A stretch of DNA of 64,000 nt, from the NCBI GenBank assembly GCA_976226885.1, contig OZ320317.1, positions 81,902,001-81,966,000 on the forward strand. Direction: 5' to 3'. Each line of letters starts with the position of its first letter. The first letter of the stretch is position 1. The notes beneath the pieces were generated by a model that was given only the letters and a program-made list of their open reading frames with translations, was not told where the DNA came from and made no database searches. The stretch comes from Iphione sp. A-MEVVRFRX5. Its lineage: Eukaryota. This document shows positions 13,181-26,200 of the stretch, piece after piece. The position numbers and the translations under genes are program-made.

Positions 13181-13526
13181 ATTTCATTTCATTTCATTGT
13201 ATCTTTAACCAGGAATATATTCATCTATTATCAGGACAGGGCCCTTCCATATCCTCCTAGGGTAGCATACCACCATCTATTGTTGAGAATTGGGAGACCG
13301 GAATACCCAGGGTTGTCCCCTATTCTTACTTTGAATAGGTTTCTGGGGTCTTTTTGTGTATAGGGGACAGAATCCTATACACCCACGGCCTTTTTATGAG
13401 TTGTGGACCACTCTGGGTTGGGACTACAATAAATCTGTCTGGCCTTGATCAGGAGTCCCAAGCCCAGGATTGAGCCTATGACCTTTCAATCAGAGAACCA
13501 GTGTTCTACCACTGAGCTTACTCCCC
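13181..13526 (-). mobile_element. tRNA-derived SINE
   Basis: Minus strand begins GGGGAGTAAGCTCAGTGGTAGAACAC...AGGTCATAGGCTCAATCCTGGG (Pol III A-box and degenerate B-box, tRNA-like spacing). A ~270-nt body follows, ending in an (AATGA)n tail at 13181-13198. Confidence 0.75.
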
Positions 13527-16500
13527 ACTCATGTTGACAACTTGAAAATAAAATCTATGAAAACTATTGTGGACGTGGCTAGCTAGCCTTTGCTCTGTTG
13601 ATGCTACCGTATAACAATCTATAAAAACTAGAGCCAACTCGGCGGAAACATCGGAATCTTTATTATTAAAGCCTTTCTATATACATTGTGTGTACATTTT
13701 AAAACCATTATGAATTTCCCGAAATACGACCGATGTGACAAACAAAACTCATCTGTAATTTTTAAATCGTATGCAATTAGGTTGCCGGTAAGGTAAACAG
13801 AGCCCTATATACTTGAGATATAAAGTTCAGTAGACATAAAGTCCTTGTGCTAAAAGTATAGATCGGTGCATTTGCTTTGGCTTAGAGTACGCCACCAACA
13901 GTGTTACCGTGGGATAGGCCGAAATGCACATAAACCACTGGTCGAAGACGAGGGTACCATTATGCCTCAGTCGATCGACTTATGTGGCAGATCCTAGGTA
14001 ACTATGGAATCATCCTCCAATACAATTGCCTAGCCCTGCCATTCCTTCCCTTATGACAGCTCTCGCCTCTGTTTCAATCCCCGATGTCTCCCACTGAACC
14101 ATGCCACAATTCCCCCATGTCCCCATCTTTTTCCCCCCGTTCCTAAATGCTAACTGCCACATGTCCCGACTGCCAAATTCCCAGGCCGCACTTTCTCCCA
14201 TTCGCCCAATGAACTCCACTATCACCCTTTTTTCTAATGCCCACAGATATACGAACATCATAGCCATTCCGCATGGGCTCATTTCTCCGGTGCCTAAACT
14301 TCCTCATGATCCACTGGCCCATGTTCTCTTTATTCCGACATGCTCCCCATTTCCCTAGTCCCCCCTTTCTCTAATTCTTCTACTCCTTCCTCTCTTCACC
14401 ATTCACTTTCCCGCCCCCTCATTCCATTTATAGTGGTAGGATATATGAATAACAACCAGACATTCAACCCTGGTGGCCCAGTTGAAATAGGGAGGCGGCC
14501 GGTCCATAGGCAAGTGCGAAGAGTATCTCAGACCGGTGTTAGTCACGTCAGATCAAATCCCACCGAAGGACAAAAAGAATTCCATGAACTATGTATTATA
14601 TTTATTGGATGGTATAGAGAACTAGCGGATCACAACCATGAGAAAAGGAGAAATTCCCCTAAAAAAGAAAATTAAGAAACGCTCTGTACTGTATTCCTGA
14701 AGGGAAAACACCAAAAATCACTTCAAGTAGGAAGGAAAATGAGGCAGGAATAATCTTTTATACTAACAGACATAAGAGAGAAAAAACTCTAGCTATGAAT
14801 ATATATATATTATATATATATATGTGTGTGTGTGGTACATATATGTGAAGTAATCTTGGAAAGGGAGCGCTAACCTGTCACTGTACCGGGCTGCGTTCCC
14901 GCTTTAAACTAGTTCGCACTTTGTGCTCGCCTGCCTTCCATTCATGAAATTCAGTTCTTGGTCAAATTTCAAATTCAGCACTGTTAGTCTCTTCTCAAGC
15001 TTGAGCTCCCCATCAAACGTCTGGCTAAGCTGTGTCAAGTTGTCCATCGTGCTCCTTGGTTTTTCTTGGCGCCCGTGATGGTGTCTGGAAAGCCCATCAA
15101 GTACGATAGGGGCCATATACTTTATAGTAGAGGCTATGAAATGTACCTGTATCTGTGCGTATTATATGCTGACCTAATATTTCTTTGTCTAAACTTTTCT
15201 CTGTACATATATACCATACATGTGTATATGTACACACACAAACGCACACACACGTGTTGTATTGTTGTATTGTATTTCGTGCGCATTATTTCTCGAAGCA
15301 TTATTTCTCGAGCAACAAAATGAAGAGTTTAAAATTGACATGGGTATAAGAAATCGATGGAGTAAGAGTGTATGGTCTCACGGCTGTTGCATCTAACCGT
15401 TTGGTTTGATTACGGTTGGCTCCTGTCTAACATGAACTCCGTGTTGGGATTAACCTGTGATTACCTGTTACTGTCCCAGCCTATATCGACGCGTGCGCTA
15501 ATTAACGAATCACAACATAGGAGCCCTAATGAGAACTTGCCTAGTCAGCAGGTTTTCTGTAGACGTAGGTCTGTAAACTTCCCGCCTAAAGGTTTGGCGG
15601 CTGCTGGTAGGCAATGCAGTACATAAGACCTGACAGAGAGGACATTTCAAAACATCCATATATTGATAGTGTAAGGACGGGTTTGTCATCCCAACATTAT
15701 GTTCCAGATGAGTGGACTGACTTAAATTTAACACTTGCATGTAAGGTGAGTGCGGTAGTGTGAGGTTGTCTGGAATTAATAGTATGGAGTGACATTCACC
15801 TTTCTCGGAGGTGAAACCTGTTTACGACCACCACTCAAAGGCAGCCTCTGCTACACCTTACAGGTGAATTGTCTACATGAGCTATCAACTAAATTTCTGG
15901 TTTTGCTCGTACTGGACCATTTCAAAGGCTGAAAACGTACAAAATGTACAAGTATGGACGCAGCGCTCTTCTGTACATTCTTCACCGCAGAAGCTTCTTT
16001 GTACAACTACTCGCTAGAACATGTCTAATGAATTTTTCAAGCAGACTCTCCCCATCCGGCGTTCGTTTACAACGTCCTTGAAGCGATGAAGTATGACAGT
16101 TTAGAATGGCGTGCGGCCTTCGTAAAGAGGTCCACAGAGAATTGAGAACGAGTCGAATATAATGTGCATATGCGGTTCTAGAATCAAGAGCATCGACATC
16201 AATAGGAAAAGATGTCTATATGTGGTTCAAGAATCCTGTACCATGTATAGGCATAGGCAGCAGTAACATGTGAGAAGGGAGACTCTTAATGTTGTGTAAA
16301 TAATGTTAAACTACATGAACATCTTTTGGGTAGGTGTGTCAGGTATAGATGAAATGCATGCGTGAGGTATATTGGGAAAAAATCATTCATTCACCTCTAT
16401 ATTTTTAACTTAGGAACTATTCTTAGATGTAACATTAAAGAGGTAGTAGCTGTTTTGGAGGCTTTATGAACTACAATATGAGGGATCTGAAACCGTGGGT

Positions 16501-17223
16501 ATTTGAGGCTTGAGGACTATAAAATATCATTGGATGTCGTTCTCTCGGGGCAAAACTACTTTCGTAGTAAATGTTGTTTTTTCATGGAATGAAAGTTCAT
16601 CGTTGCCGAAACGAAAGGAATGCTTTCTACAGACAATACCTTAGAATGCAGTACCACTACGTTATCTGGATGAAATAAACATCTATAGCTTAGCAGTGGG
16701 CAGAACCGGAAACTTCAGCAATTTACCGCAGTAACAAAAACAACCGTTCTTGGCAGCGCCTGGCGTGGCACCATTCGACAGAGCAGCCTCTCTGGGTGCA
16801 GTTGAACTTAGCAGGCACAGGGGACACTAGCACGGACCAGATGGTAAGGACATCTAAAATACCTCCAATTGCTTAGAGCTCGTTAAGAGGAAATATTTGT
16901 ACGTGGTTCGTTGCAATGACAAAACATTAGTCTATATGTGTGTGCAATGGTGGCAGTTAAGTTCCATGTGCCCGAAAGTACATGCTTGTTTGTGAATAAT
17001 GAAAATGCTGATCGATGGCGAGTGGTCAATATATACACCAGCAGTAGTTATTCACCGCAAATCAGATGACTGCCTGCTGATATGAACATATCCATGAACT
17101 GTTAGGTTTTCATCCTAACTGTTCACTAGACTTATTCATAGGTATATATTATATACACGAGGTCTCCACCAAGCCCGTGTAAATCGGCGGTGGCCTGGTG
17201 CGCCTTTTAACTGCCTTTCTCAG

Positions 17224-17423
17224 AAATTATGAGAGAGCCGTTCTATTGCAGTGGGTTTTACCGGCTGGAGCACACCCCAGTGTGGATAGAGAGGCAGAAC
17301 CGATTTCTGTTGACAGCCTAATTGACGACCGCACCAGTTATTTCCGGGAGTGTGTTCATTTTGCACACGCATACTGTGAATTTCTGATCAGTGGCATGAT
17401 CCTGTCCATACAAAGAGCGACAG
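17224..17423 (+). other. Candidate 200-nt exon (NYERAVLLQWVLP...IQRAT), product unknown
   Basis: CTGCCTTTCTCAG acceptor and CAG|GTACTT donor, open in the frame of listed ORF 17198-17455. Confidence 0.2.
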
Positions 17424-18908
17424 GTACTTTTCTACGGTCTGGAGCCTGCTTCTAACGCAATAAATGATGCATTACCTCTCTGCAACTCTACAAAAAGACT
17501 CTGTAAGCACGAGCGCCGTAGTCTTCTGCGTATCCACAGAGACATGCTCTCACGTGAACTATTTTCAATGGTGGAAATGTCATTCTACTTTCATTCATAA
17601 ATAGAACCAGTGTTCTGGTGAAGACCGAATTGATAGTCTTCTACGAACTATTAAAAAAGATTCGTATATTGATTTTACAATACGTGCCATATTTTCGTAG
17701 AAAGGTCAAAACCAGAGCTGACTTTGTGCAGGCTTTTGGAACTTCAGTCTTACTGCTTAGATATATTACAACAACATACATACTTCCAATATCTTCATAT
17801 CCCTGCTTTATATACAGATACGGTCACTCGTGCACTGCATGAAGAAATTGTTCAAAAGTAACCTAAAACGTAAACTTTTGAAGGAGAACTGGCGTGTTCC
17901 TTGAGAACGGAAGTTATTCTGTTTGTAACACTAAAAATTGTACTATTCTAATTTCAAGTTTACTAATTCTTTAGGTTGATTACTTTGTATTAGACCAACA
18001 AATCTCATTCATACTGTACATATTGTATATATCTTGTATATAGCTGTTTCACTGTTGTACATAGTAATCTTTGTATATAACGTGTAAATAGAATTTACTT
18101 TATGTCAAACAAAAAACTGTACATACTGGCACCAATGGGATTGCCAGTTAAAATAAAATTTTCAAAAAAAAAATATGAAGAATATACATAACCAACTTGT
18201 CGTGATGTGATTGGGGCAATACATGAGTAAATTATGTGGAAAGCAGTCATAAAAGTGGGACTACAAAGATAGCTTGGACGTACTCCTATTATCTGAATAT
18301 TTCATTCTTAATTTAGTCATTAACCAAAGCAGTCATCGTTCATATAGAATAACATTAACCCTTCCTTACCAGTATTTACTGAAACGCGACAAATGTGACA
18401 TTCCATTTTGCAAAAATGCATTGTCTGTGTGATATAACCACATCGCTTTTCAGCCAAAGACACATTCTAAACCAATTCCATGTAAATGTCTGTGGTTCAA
18501 ATAAAAGTATATTGGTTGGCGTAATTGCATTCATTCATAGACTGAATTGAGCACCGCCTCACATTAAATTGGTATGTTATGCACTACCAATATTATTAAT
18601 CATTCTGTCATTTTAACCCATGGGCGTTTCTTTTTACAAAATAAACTAGTATTAAAAATGTCTTCCTGTTCATGCGGAATATACCAACAAGTTAGGTGGT
18701 ATGGCTCAAGATTTACTACCCTAGTAGTTTTAAGCGTTCGTGATATTTCTGTTAAGACACCGTTCTCTTTTTCAAGATGTACAAAACGTCAAATGAACGG
18801 TACCAAATCTTGCCACCAACCCCTACCTCGTTGTAAGTGCTTGTACTCCGACATCAACAAATATCAAAACACCTTCAAACCATGGCATAGGTCTCGTCTC
18901 CGAGCATA

Positions 18909-19066
18909 GGTTTCGTACCCCCGCCCCTGCCCCCCCCCCTAATTTCAGGAACCAGTATACTAGAGGCTTTACTGGAGTATTACGTGGTACACAGCCCCAC
19001 GTGGTCTGCATATGCGATGTTGGGGGACGAAAGGGTTGGCAGGGGCAGGGCGGGTACCGAAAACAA
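18909..19066. mobile_element. Small inverted-repeat element (MITE-like)
   Basis: GGTTTCGTACCCCCGCCCCTGCCC is an imperfect reverse complement of GGCAGGGGCAGGGCGGGTACCGAAAAC about 130 nt downstream. Confidence 0.45.
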
Positions 19067-20320
19067 ATACCATGCGTGCACTTTACCGGAAGCCAGACGT
19101 TGAGTCTCGGAGCCGCGAGAGGGAGGAGTGAGGGGTGGCGAGCTTTTAGGAGATATTGGTTGAGGGCACCTGGATCTCCGGGACATGTTATCTTGTACAA
19201 TAGATGGCGCGTTTGCGGGTAAAAAAACAGACACCGACCCATAAAAACCCAGGTATGGTTCACAAATTGGCGAGTTAATTGAGCGCACTATTTGTCTCAT
19301 TACCTATAGCCAACAGATATGTATGCCAGACATATATTACGCAATACAGTTTTTTTTCATGTGGCTTTCACTTTCATCTGGTAGGCTTAGAAGTGTAGCA
19401 CTGCCAGTTTGCCAAAGATTCAAGCTTATATACTCGTATACATTTGTATATGTACACTGTTAGATCCTTTATCAAATATAAGGAATCTTTCCCATGTGGA
19501 TATATCTGTTCCTTTGAAGCTGAAGGAGCAACGGTTCAGCTAGTATACAACAGCCATATTTATACTGGAGTCATGCGACGAATCTCATGCACTTGAATAC
19601 TTCCCATCTACCGTAGATATCAGTGTTGCAGATCTGTGTCAGGTACGGCAGCTCATTGAAATTGGTGATGAGGTCTGCGCCAATTTACAGCTATTAAACA
19701 AGCAGATTTTGCTATTGCGTTACCGCGAGAAAAGAAACAGCGCAGTATACCTCAAACCATGCCATGTTGTACTGTGTGAATTCTAAGCTTTTCAGGCTTT
19801 CATAATCCACGCCATAAAGGACACGAATAATGTTACACTGTAAATTCCAGGTCAGAGACCTGATACCCAATACATGTACATCGTTACTGGCAATTATCTC
19901 TTGTGTAAAGAAAACATATTAGTAGGTGCCTCTGCCATAGAATATATTCTACGCGTCCTTCTCAAAGCTAATCTTTACCTGTTATAAAAGATGTTTGTAA
20001 AGATGCTCAGTTGTATCAATGGTTATTTTGAGAGGGATGGAGCACCAGCTGTAGAGAAATAAGAAAAGACATGCCATAGGTTCACATTTCCCCATTTATA
20101 CTCATCTTTCTCCAAATGTCCTCCTCCGTAATTCTTCCTTTCTAGTAGCTCTTTCACGACAGTACCCGGTCACCCATTGCAGCTGTGAGAACGAGCCCTG
20201 CCGTTCTTTACCCTCCTTTGTTTGACATCGCCATGCATTACGTGAGTAAACCTGCTGAGAGAGCCTTTTTGGAATCTCCAAGCAGTTGATATGGTAAAGA
20301 GACATCCTATTATCGATTAC

Positions 20321-20397
20321 CTTCATTTCTAAGTGTAGAAAACACATCTGCTGGACCTCGAAGGCGTCGCTGTGGTGGCTGTAACGATGTGCGTGTA
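20321..20397 (-). other. Candidate 77-nt exon, product unknown
   Basis: Strong minus-strand acceptor TATTCTGTCCTCTTCTCTAG and donor AAG|GTAATC. Two frames are open (HAHRYSHHSDAFEVQQMCFLHLEMK or TRTSLQPPQRRLRGPADVFSTLRNE). Confidence 0.3.
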
Positions 20398-20863
20398 CTA
20401 GAGAAGAGGACAGAATACAGCGGCGGAGCATGGCAGAAGGATGAACATAGAAGCAGCCACTAGAAGTCATCTCCCTGGGTGTGCTGCAAGACCGTCTCCT
20501 TAGGTGTTTTTCATAATTATCTAAAAAAAATCACCCTATGCCCCCTGACAGGGTGAATAGGACCACATACATGTACAACATGTATATATACATGTACATT
20601 AAAAGTGGCATAACTATGTTCCCCCAATAAAAAACAAATTCTTTCGACATTAAAAGTGCCGGATGAGACATGAGTCGAAACTGTATGATTTAAGGTGGTA
20701 AAAATACAACTAGGAACAATGAAGCCTTCAAAAAGTAGTAGGCCCATCTAAAACACTACTTACACGCCTTCCGGTAATAACCAAGAAGGAGCATACACAG
20801 AGCAACTCACTTGGTGGCATTCTTAGTATGATAAGGCCCTTGTCCACATCTAACAAAATCATG

Positions 20864-21117
20864 TCTAAAGATTGTCTCCTAAAGTGTTCTGCATGTTTAG
20901 AGCCTGTCTCCATATATGTGGTGCACATGCATCTAGAAAAGACTGACTCCCTACATGTGATGTATATCTAGTGAAGACTGCCTCCCTTTGTGTGGGGCAT
21001 GTCTAGGGAAGACTCCCTCCCTATGTGTGGTGCAAGTGTAGAGAAGACTGTCTCCCTATGTGTGCTGTATGTGTAGAGAAGACTGTCTCCCTACATGCGG
21101 TGCATATCTGGAGAAGA
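20864..21117. repeat. 35-bp minisatellite, about 7 degenerate copies
   Basis: Head-to-tail units approximating TCTAGAGAAGACTGTCTCCCTATGTGTGGTGCATG with no intervening spacers. Confidence 0.85.
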
Positions 21118-23348
21118 TATATCAATGCTCAGACAGATGATTGTCGGATCAGCTAACTAGTAGCGAATGGTGCGATTCTACGGCAGTTAAGGAACTGATC
21201 ACACGATGGCAACACTACTATCGGGATTCCACAACATCAACAACATTAAGTGTGTTACAAAGGTAACGTTTGATGTGTATAGTCTTTTATCTCAAAACGT
21301 GACCTACACATTACGACATGAGCCTGCTTTTATATCACTTCTTATCAAATGGAATAGGAATGGGTATACGTATAGGCCTACATAAATGTACATGTATTCT
21401 ATTTATCCCTAATTACATGTATTTAAATGACCTAAGTGATATCTTTTGCCTTTTAAAATATCCCTTGTCCATATTTATGGAGAGTTTGAACACCAACAGG
21501 CCACATTGCATGGATTACATACTTTCCTGATTCATTTTAATATAGTCAATTACCCGTATACAAAATAAATTTCCAACTATTAACCTATAGTTGGTTTATA
21601 CCATATTCCTACACATCCGAAGGAATCTCATTCAAATATTCTCTTTTAACAAGGTCATGCCTGTTGGAAAGCATATTCATGCAACCAACTGACTGATTTA
21701 CCCACAGGGAATGATATATGCAACTTGTCCGTGTTAGACCATCACATATCATGTAAATCATCACTTACAGAGGAGCATATTGGCTGATGTATATGCCACA
21801 TAATATCATCATCTGTGTTCTCGCTGTCTATTCAGCGGAAATGGTACACCACTGCACGTAAAGGTGTCGATGTGTTTAGCATTCACCTGACCAGACGATG
21901 GGAATGAATAAAAACCCCTTGGTGCATGGGAACGACCTGTCCCAGGCGGGCTGTGCAAGGCGCCAGCGACCACCCAGCCCCCGTCTCCGCCACTCTCCCT
22001 CTATCTCAGCGTCAATCCCCCACCACCACCGCCGTACGTTCAATCTTCCCCATCTGCCTTCCCTAGCCTAGAGACAATTTAACAGCATCTCATTGTCATC
22101 GTATGTATGCGCCTCTATGCTGCACGCTCATAGAGGGCCGGCCCTCACCATAGAGCCGCTGTTTCCCACCACTGGGCCTAAACTCCGGACCCTCTTCTCT
22201 CCCCCGTCACCATCAGCAACCTATCCACGGCATTCTTAATGTTAATCCCAGGTCATCCTTCACTCTTTCTCTCTCATCCACTCGCAGACATGTGTATACT
22301 ACCTCTTCCTTTTACTTCATACCAGGTCCCTCATCACCTGCACCGAGAAATAACATCACACCAGATCTTTTTTTCCATACACCGGACAAAGTTAGGAACC
22401 GTTTGCCTATGTCACCCAGGGTATTATATTTATTAATATATATATATATATATTTCTTTTCGGTATGTCCCACGGTTCCCGTTCTGTCTGAGATGCCTAC
22501 GTCCTCCTTCCCGTTGCCTCAGACCGCCATATCCTCAGACGCGGAGTCTGGCGTCCACCTGTTATCCCGGGCCCCTCGGTCCTTCCTCCTCCTCTCCGCC
22601 TCAGCCCCCCCCCCCCCCAAACGCCGCCCTGAGCAGTCCACAGGGCCTGAGAGCTATCGGCCAACCTTCCGGTCCTTTCCACCGTCTGTGGCGGGCGCGC
22701 CTTATTTGAACAGGTGCACTGCCAGAATGCCGGAAGACCACCGGTGCACGGGCCTGCACGTGTGACTCCTTCCCACGAAGCCGATCATAATGACTCATGC
22801 TGCACCGAATTAGCTCGTAGGAGATCCGCACGCTGGATAGTGCACATAACCAGTCAAATTGTTGCTTGGAAGAAAACTGCACTCCGCTTATATAACAGAC
22901 GTACACTTATCGTCGGCACAGAGACATTTATGGAGACTAATGCATGTATGACGTATCTTTTGCAATTTCCCGTCCATGTGTATGATTTTCAGGAAACCGC
23001 AATTAACTGTCATCCTTCAGTTATGACTGATATACGTCTACGTAATATCACAAATGCTCCAGATATGGGCTGTTCTCATTTTGATGCCTGCATCAAAAGT
23101 TGAGATCACTACTAAATTGCGTTATTGACCAACCACTTTGGTGGTGATTACTCCACCGATTCTGAAAATGTCATAGACGTGTGCTTTTGGCAAAGACAAG
23201 CTGCAGGCTGTTTACATCTCAGATGGTCATCTTTCAAATCTCACAAATGCAAAAATACTGCACAAAATGAAACCAAATTCCCAGTGTGCGATCTCTGGTA
23301 TATGTTTCTCTGTGCATATAATTTTTCATAATTGTACCTGTAATATAA

Positions 23349-23658
23349 GCCCCCCCCCCAAAAAAAAAAATAGGTGTGTTTCTGGTCCCCACCCCTACCT
23401 ACTAAAGCCTCATCCTACCTAAAACTTTTTGGGGGCCAAAAGAGTTTCCAAGGGTGAATTTCCTTAGATACATATTTTCACAGTTCATGTTTTGGTAAAT
23501 TCAGTAGAAAAACAACAAAATCCATGGAAATTCAGTAAAAAAACTGTAAAACTCATGCAGGAGGAAGAAGCTGGGAAATTTTCTTTTTTAACAAGATACC
23601 TCCCTCCCTACCCAGGATTTTGGCTGGCTGTTACCAGAAACACACCTATTGGGGGGGG
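23349..23658. mobile_element. PIF/Harbinger-like MITE, same subfamily as 7138-7462
   Basis: Inner TIRs TAGGTGTGTTTCTGGT and ACCAGAAACACACCTA. The interior shares long words with the 7.1-kb copy (AAGAGTTTCCAA, TTTCCTTAGATAC, GTAAATTCAGTAGAAAA, CAACAAAATCCATGGAAATTCAG). Termini are replaced by C and G runs. Confidence 0.75.
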
Positions 23659-23845
23659 TGCAATACTATGAAACACACTGAAAACCCACACTGAAAACTG
23701 CTTGGTTACTCTTGTCACATCCAATTAGTGCAGTGTTGCGTAAATGGTACGTAATCCTGAGAAAAATGTATTTTTGTACTGGAACCTAACCCCCATATAG
23801 CCCTCTCTTCTTGTAAAAACAACACCTATGAGAATATATAAATAA

Positions 23846-24050
23846 TGCCTACTAAAAACAGGTATCTGGGTTTCTGGTAACCCAACCGACCCTGTTGTTT
23901 GTTATGTTGAATATAAATAATTTCCGGGTTGAAATATACCATCATTTTCAGCATGACATTTGTATGTTTAAAAAATAACAAAACCTCCGACCTACTGACC
24001 CTACATTTTTTCAAGATTTTACCTGAAAATGGATTTTTCTTTGTCTTTTT
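23846..24050. mobile_element. Degenerate Harbinger-like MITE
   Basis: Left end TAA|TGCCTACTAAAAACAGGTATCTGGGTTTCTGGTAACCCAACCGACCC, an internal CCGACCTACTGACCCTAC motif, and a decayed right TIR. Confidence 0.55.
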
Positions 24051-25931
24051 GTTTGTTTTTTTGTATACTTATTTTTGGGAGGATTGTTCTAGGCTACAAT
24101 GAATCAATAATACTTTGAACAGTCTTTTCAACTTGCCCCTCAGGAACCTATCCATTGTCAGCTTATGGCTGTTTAGTGTACGTAGATCACTGTGCTGAAG
24201 CAGTATTGTCCAGTGTCCCCTAGGATTTTCATCATGTCTCCAGCAGAAAAGACGGCTTCCTTGGTCTGTCAATGATCGTCCTTCTCCTCTTTCCCAGGTA
24301 GCGCATCCTGTTCCCATTCCAGTGACACCAAACTATGGGCTGGACAGGCAGCATCTAAGGTCTGGTAATTCTCCAGACTCAGAGGTCCTGTTGTGTCCAT
24401 GTTTTCCTGCCACCATGTGTATACCACACCTCACAAGCCCTTACAGTTTCCTTCAGCCAATTCACTGCTAGATACATATCGACTGACTCGTGGATGGGCT
24501 ATAGGTCAACACTGGGAGTGACAGCATCTGCTCCTGGAATCCCTTATGGAAGCAGGCACCTGCGACACTAACTTTTAACTGCCTGAATGATATCCTTATC
24601 CAAGGGATGCCACGCTGACTTTGTGTTGGATAGCAGATGGGTCAGCTGACTGTACTGTCAAGTTTACTGGAATTCTAAGCATTGTGTATATCGAAATATA
24701 AATTTAAAAACCTTCATTCCAAGCAGAAATGGCTACAATCGCCTGTCAACACGATTTCTGAGCTGCCTATAGGGTCGGGTCTCCATGAGACCTGCTTAGG
24801 AGACGAGGTTTGGGACTGGCTGATTTTGATGTCTCCCATGGTTTGGATGCATTAGGCATGACCAATATAGAGAATTTCTCTTTCCTGATATCATAAAATT
24901 TGGGTCTCTGTTCTGTAGTGGTCTTGCCTGTGATCTGGTCTTTACCTTAGTATCCACTGAATAATCACCTGCACATGTGTACATTTTCAACGTATTTGAG
25001 CTTACTAAATGCATCAAACTTTGCAATATATTTATAATATACATATTTGCATATAAATATCCTTCAAATCCGTATCGATGAGTTGCGGGGACATTTTATT
25101 CCCTGGAATAAATGTTCTTCTCATGGACAGTTGAACAATACCTGTTCTTTAGAGTCACATATTCCTGTGAATAAAATGTCTCTGCAACTGGCCATTACAA
25201 TGAGACACCTGTATTTTGGCTTCTTTCCCAAAACGCAAATAAAAGTAATTCTCGTAAATTGACTAAACAGCATAAAACACAAAGGACACGCAAAGGCTTA
25301 CAGGATTAAAAACAATGGGAGCAGGTGATGTTCAAAGTGTCACGCCTATACATCAAACAGTCTGGCTTGCTAGGCTCCGATCATTAAATTGTGTTGACTT
25401 CCCGCATTCCATGATCGATCCATAGTCTTAAGCAAACAGAAACTGGAGCCTAGCCCACGTCAGTTATCGATAGATTTTATTTCGATATTCAACATACTTT
25501 CTCTCCTAATTGAATTATCTATCCGTATAATTTGACCAATGGAAGTTGGAATCTAATTCCTTTGCCCCATTTCACCCATAAATATCTTCTTCATGTTTCC
25601 AAATTCGACCTAAGTGATTGCATGAAGAATGTAAAACGTATTCGGTTGATCCGAATACCTAATGTTGCTTTTTTAACTCACCGTACTAAAAAAAATCCTT
25701 CCTGTTAACATGGTATCTTAAATGCAACATAAAAGAAATTCATGCCGTACAATTAGGCAAAAATTGTTTCCGGCTAACATGAAATTTGCAGACACATCAG
25801 GTCATTATCTGACGAAAGAAAAGTAACCTTTTCCAGATGACTTGAAGGACTTTTTTCATCATCAGCAAGAAATATTTCCTCGACTCTTATTTCCTCCAGA
25901 GCCTCCATAACTTTTCACATTCGCGTTTTAC

Positions 25932-26066
25932 CTCCTCATAACTGTCGATAGCCACACTTATAAGAGATGCGGAAACAATAGAGGTGATTGTCTCGTTTGC
26001 CAGGGGGGTGGGGAATTCCGCCACAATGCGCGCCCGTCTCCTCCTTGCCAACACGACAGGCGCCAT
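25932..26066 (-). CDS. Candidate first coding exon (45 codons, MAPVVLARRRRARIVAEFPT...DSYEE), product unknown
   Basis: GACATGGCG start directly downstream of an E-box/CCAAT cluster, open frame to a GAG|GTAAAA phase-0 donor. No family recognised. Confidence 0.25.
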
Positions 26067-26084
26067 GTCGCCACCTGTGTCGAC

Positions 26085-26200
26085 CACTAGGACACGTGAA
26101 AGGCGTTAGACGGCGCTGTTAAGACCACCCACAGTCACGTGGCCGCCACCACCTGCCACCTAAGGGTCACGTGATGCACAGAGCCGATGTTCATTGGCTG
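26085..26200 (-). promoter_or_regulatory. Promoter-like cluster: three CACGTG E-boxes and a CCAAT box
   Basis: CACGTG at 26093, 26136 and 26168 (two in a GTCACGTG context), ATTGG at 26193, in a CpG-rich patch. Confidence 0.5.

Noticed and set aside
13456-13526. Functional tRNA gene
   Set aside because: The B-box is degenerate (GGCTCAATCC), the anticodon and acceptor stems do not pair, and it continues into a SINE body and tail.
20864-21117. 35-bp repeats as a CRISPR array
   Set aside because: Units are directly adjacent with no unique spacers, there are no cas genes, and the context is eukaryotic.
25369-25454. 10-bp perfect inverted repeat (GCTAGGCTCC/GGAGCCTAGC) as a distinct element
   Set aside because: Too short and seen only once in the window, so it cannot be distinguished from chance or a tiny MITE relic.
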